Assembly: GCA_015660855.1 (NCBI GenBank)
Contig: JACSDG010000028.1
Location: 8,685-72,684 of the forward strand
Origin: Magnetococcales bacterium
GTDB taxonomy: Bacteria; Pseudomonadota; Magnetococcia; Magnetococcales; UBA8363
DNA length: 64,000 bases
Direction: 5' to 3'
Under the pieces are notes generated by a model. It had not been told where the DNA came from and searched no databases. It saw only the letters and a list, made by a program, of their open reading frames with translations. Each line of letters begins with the position of its first letter. The first letter of the stretch is position 1. Positions 63,138 to 64,000 of the stretch are shown piece by piece. A program made the translations under genes and the position numbers.

Positions 63138-64000
63138 TCATATGCCCGCCGATTGCCGAATGGCTTGGGCCTTGTCGGTCCTTTCCCAATAGAATTCCGG
63201 CAACTCTCGGCCAAAATGACCATAAGCGGCCGTCTTGCGATAGATGGGACGCAACAGGTCCAACGTCTGGATAATGGCCTTGGGCCGCAAATCAAAGTGC
63301 TCCCGCACCAAAGCCTCTATCCTTTCGTCCGCAACCTTACCCGTCCCAAAAGTGTTGATCATCATGGAGACAGGCTTCGCCACCCCGATGGCATAAGCTA
63401 CCTGCACCTCACAACGATCAGCAACCCCGGAAGCAACAATGTTTTTGGCAATGTAGCGCCCCATGTAGGCCGATGACCGGTCCACCTTGGAAGGATCTTT
63501 CCCCGAAAACGCCCCGCCACCGTGATAACCGGCACCGCCATAGGTGTCCACAATAATCTTGCGTCCCGTCAAACCACAGTCGCCGACAGGCCCACCAATC
63601 ACAAAACGACCCGTCGGATTAACGTGATAAGTAATCGCACCCTTCGTCAGGTGCGCGGGCAATTCGGGTTTGATGATCTCCTCAATCACCGCTTCCCGCA
63701 ATTTGTCATGGGCGATGTCGGGATCGTGTTGCGTGGAAACGACAACCGTGTCCACAGCCACCGGTCGGCCATCCTCATAGCGAATCGTCACCTGGGATTT
63801 GGCATCGGGACGCAACCAGGACAATCCACCCTCTTTACGTATCCGTGCCTGCCTCTCCATGATCCGATGGGCGTAATGGATCGGGGCCGGCATCAATTGC
63901 GGCGTCTCGTTACAGGCAAAGCCAAACATCAAACCCTGATCCCCCGCCCCCTGGTCCAGATCCAACCCCTTGCCCTCGTCAACCCCCTGGGAAATGTCGG
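63138..64000 (-). CDS. metK: S-adenosylmethionine synthetase, C-terminal about 287 codons; the gene continues past the right edge
   Basis: [40 protein letters not shown] and [16 protein letters not shown]. Homology ([12 protein letters not shown]) continues upstream of the track ATG at 63965 to the window end. Confidence 0.95.
   Translation of the reverse strand, partial: DISQGVDEGKGLDLDQGAGDQGLMFGFACNETPQLMPAPIHYAHRIMERQARIRKEGGLSWLRPDAKSQVTIRYEDGRPVAVDTVVVSTQHDPDIAHDKLREAVIEEIIKPELPAHLTKGAITYHVNPTGRFVIGGPVGDCGLTGRKIIVDTYGGAGYHGGGAFSGKDPSKVDRSSAYMGRYIAKNIVASGVADRCEVQVAYAIGVAKPVSMMINTFGTGKVADERIEALVREHFDLRPKAIIQTLDLLRPIYRKTAAYGHFGRELPEFYWERTDKAQAIRQSAGI

Noticed and set aside
61778-63274. 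498-aa ORF on the plus strand
   Set aside because: Antisense to ahcY (a near-perfect SAH hydrolase). Low-complexity R/H/P-rich translation, so a shadow ORF.

Overview
64-kb window from a magnetotactic bacterium. Gene order and protein motifs look Magnetococcales-like, but that is inference only. Left third (1-21.3 kb): a minus-strand mamAB-type magnetosome operon, mamH-I-E-K-F-L-M-(38-codon ORF)-O-P-A ... mamQ-B, with a divergent mms6-mmsF pair. Between mamA and mamQ the operon carries two non-canonical inserts. One is a visibly AT-rich cassette at about 4.0-8.6 kb (GT2 glycosyltransferase + YfhO-type GT-C membrane enzyme + Zn-ribbon SAM methyltransferase). The other is a 936-aa acidic, repeat-bearing protein whose C-terminus is a MamA paralogue. 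Next come norC-norB-norQ-(polyferredoxin)-norD, where norQ seems to lack its Walker B segment. An AT-rich type II R-M islet (C5 MTase + NotI-like REase) follows, bounded by nested partial copies of the mobB 3-prime end. The rest is mobB-moaD, a porin, a ymdB-like gene, purC, purL, maf, a PstS-like binding protein, an Rpn-family nuclease gene, a histidine kinase/HD-GYP regulator pair, rhodanese, ffh, rpsP-rimM-trmD-rplS and rnhB. After these come a tandemly duplicated split DUF1640 + micro-TM-peptide module, a DUF2249/hemerythrin gene, an AmmeMemoRadiSam operon with an apparently exported Memo-AMMECR1 fusion, kdsD/kpsF, a kdsC broken at a G14 tract, ahcY and partial metK. A family of nested-hairpin intergenic repeats (at least 14 copies or fragments) is scattered throughout, including inside the magnetosome and ribosomal-protein operons. 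No rRNA, tRNA or CRISPR array was recognised. All homology statements rest on motif recognition by eye; no searches were run.
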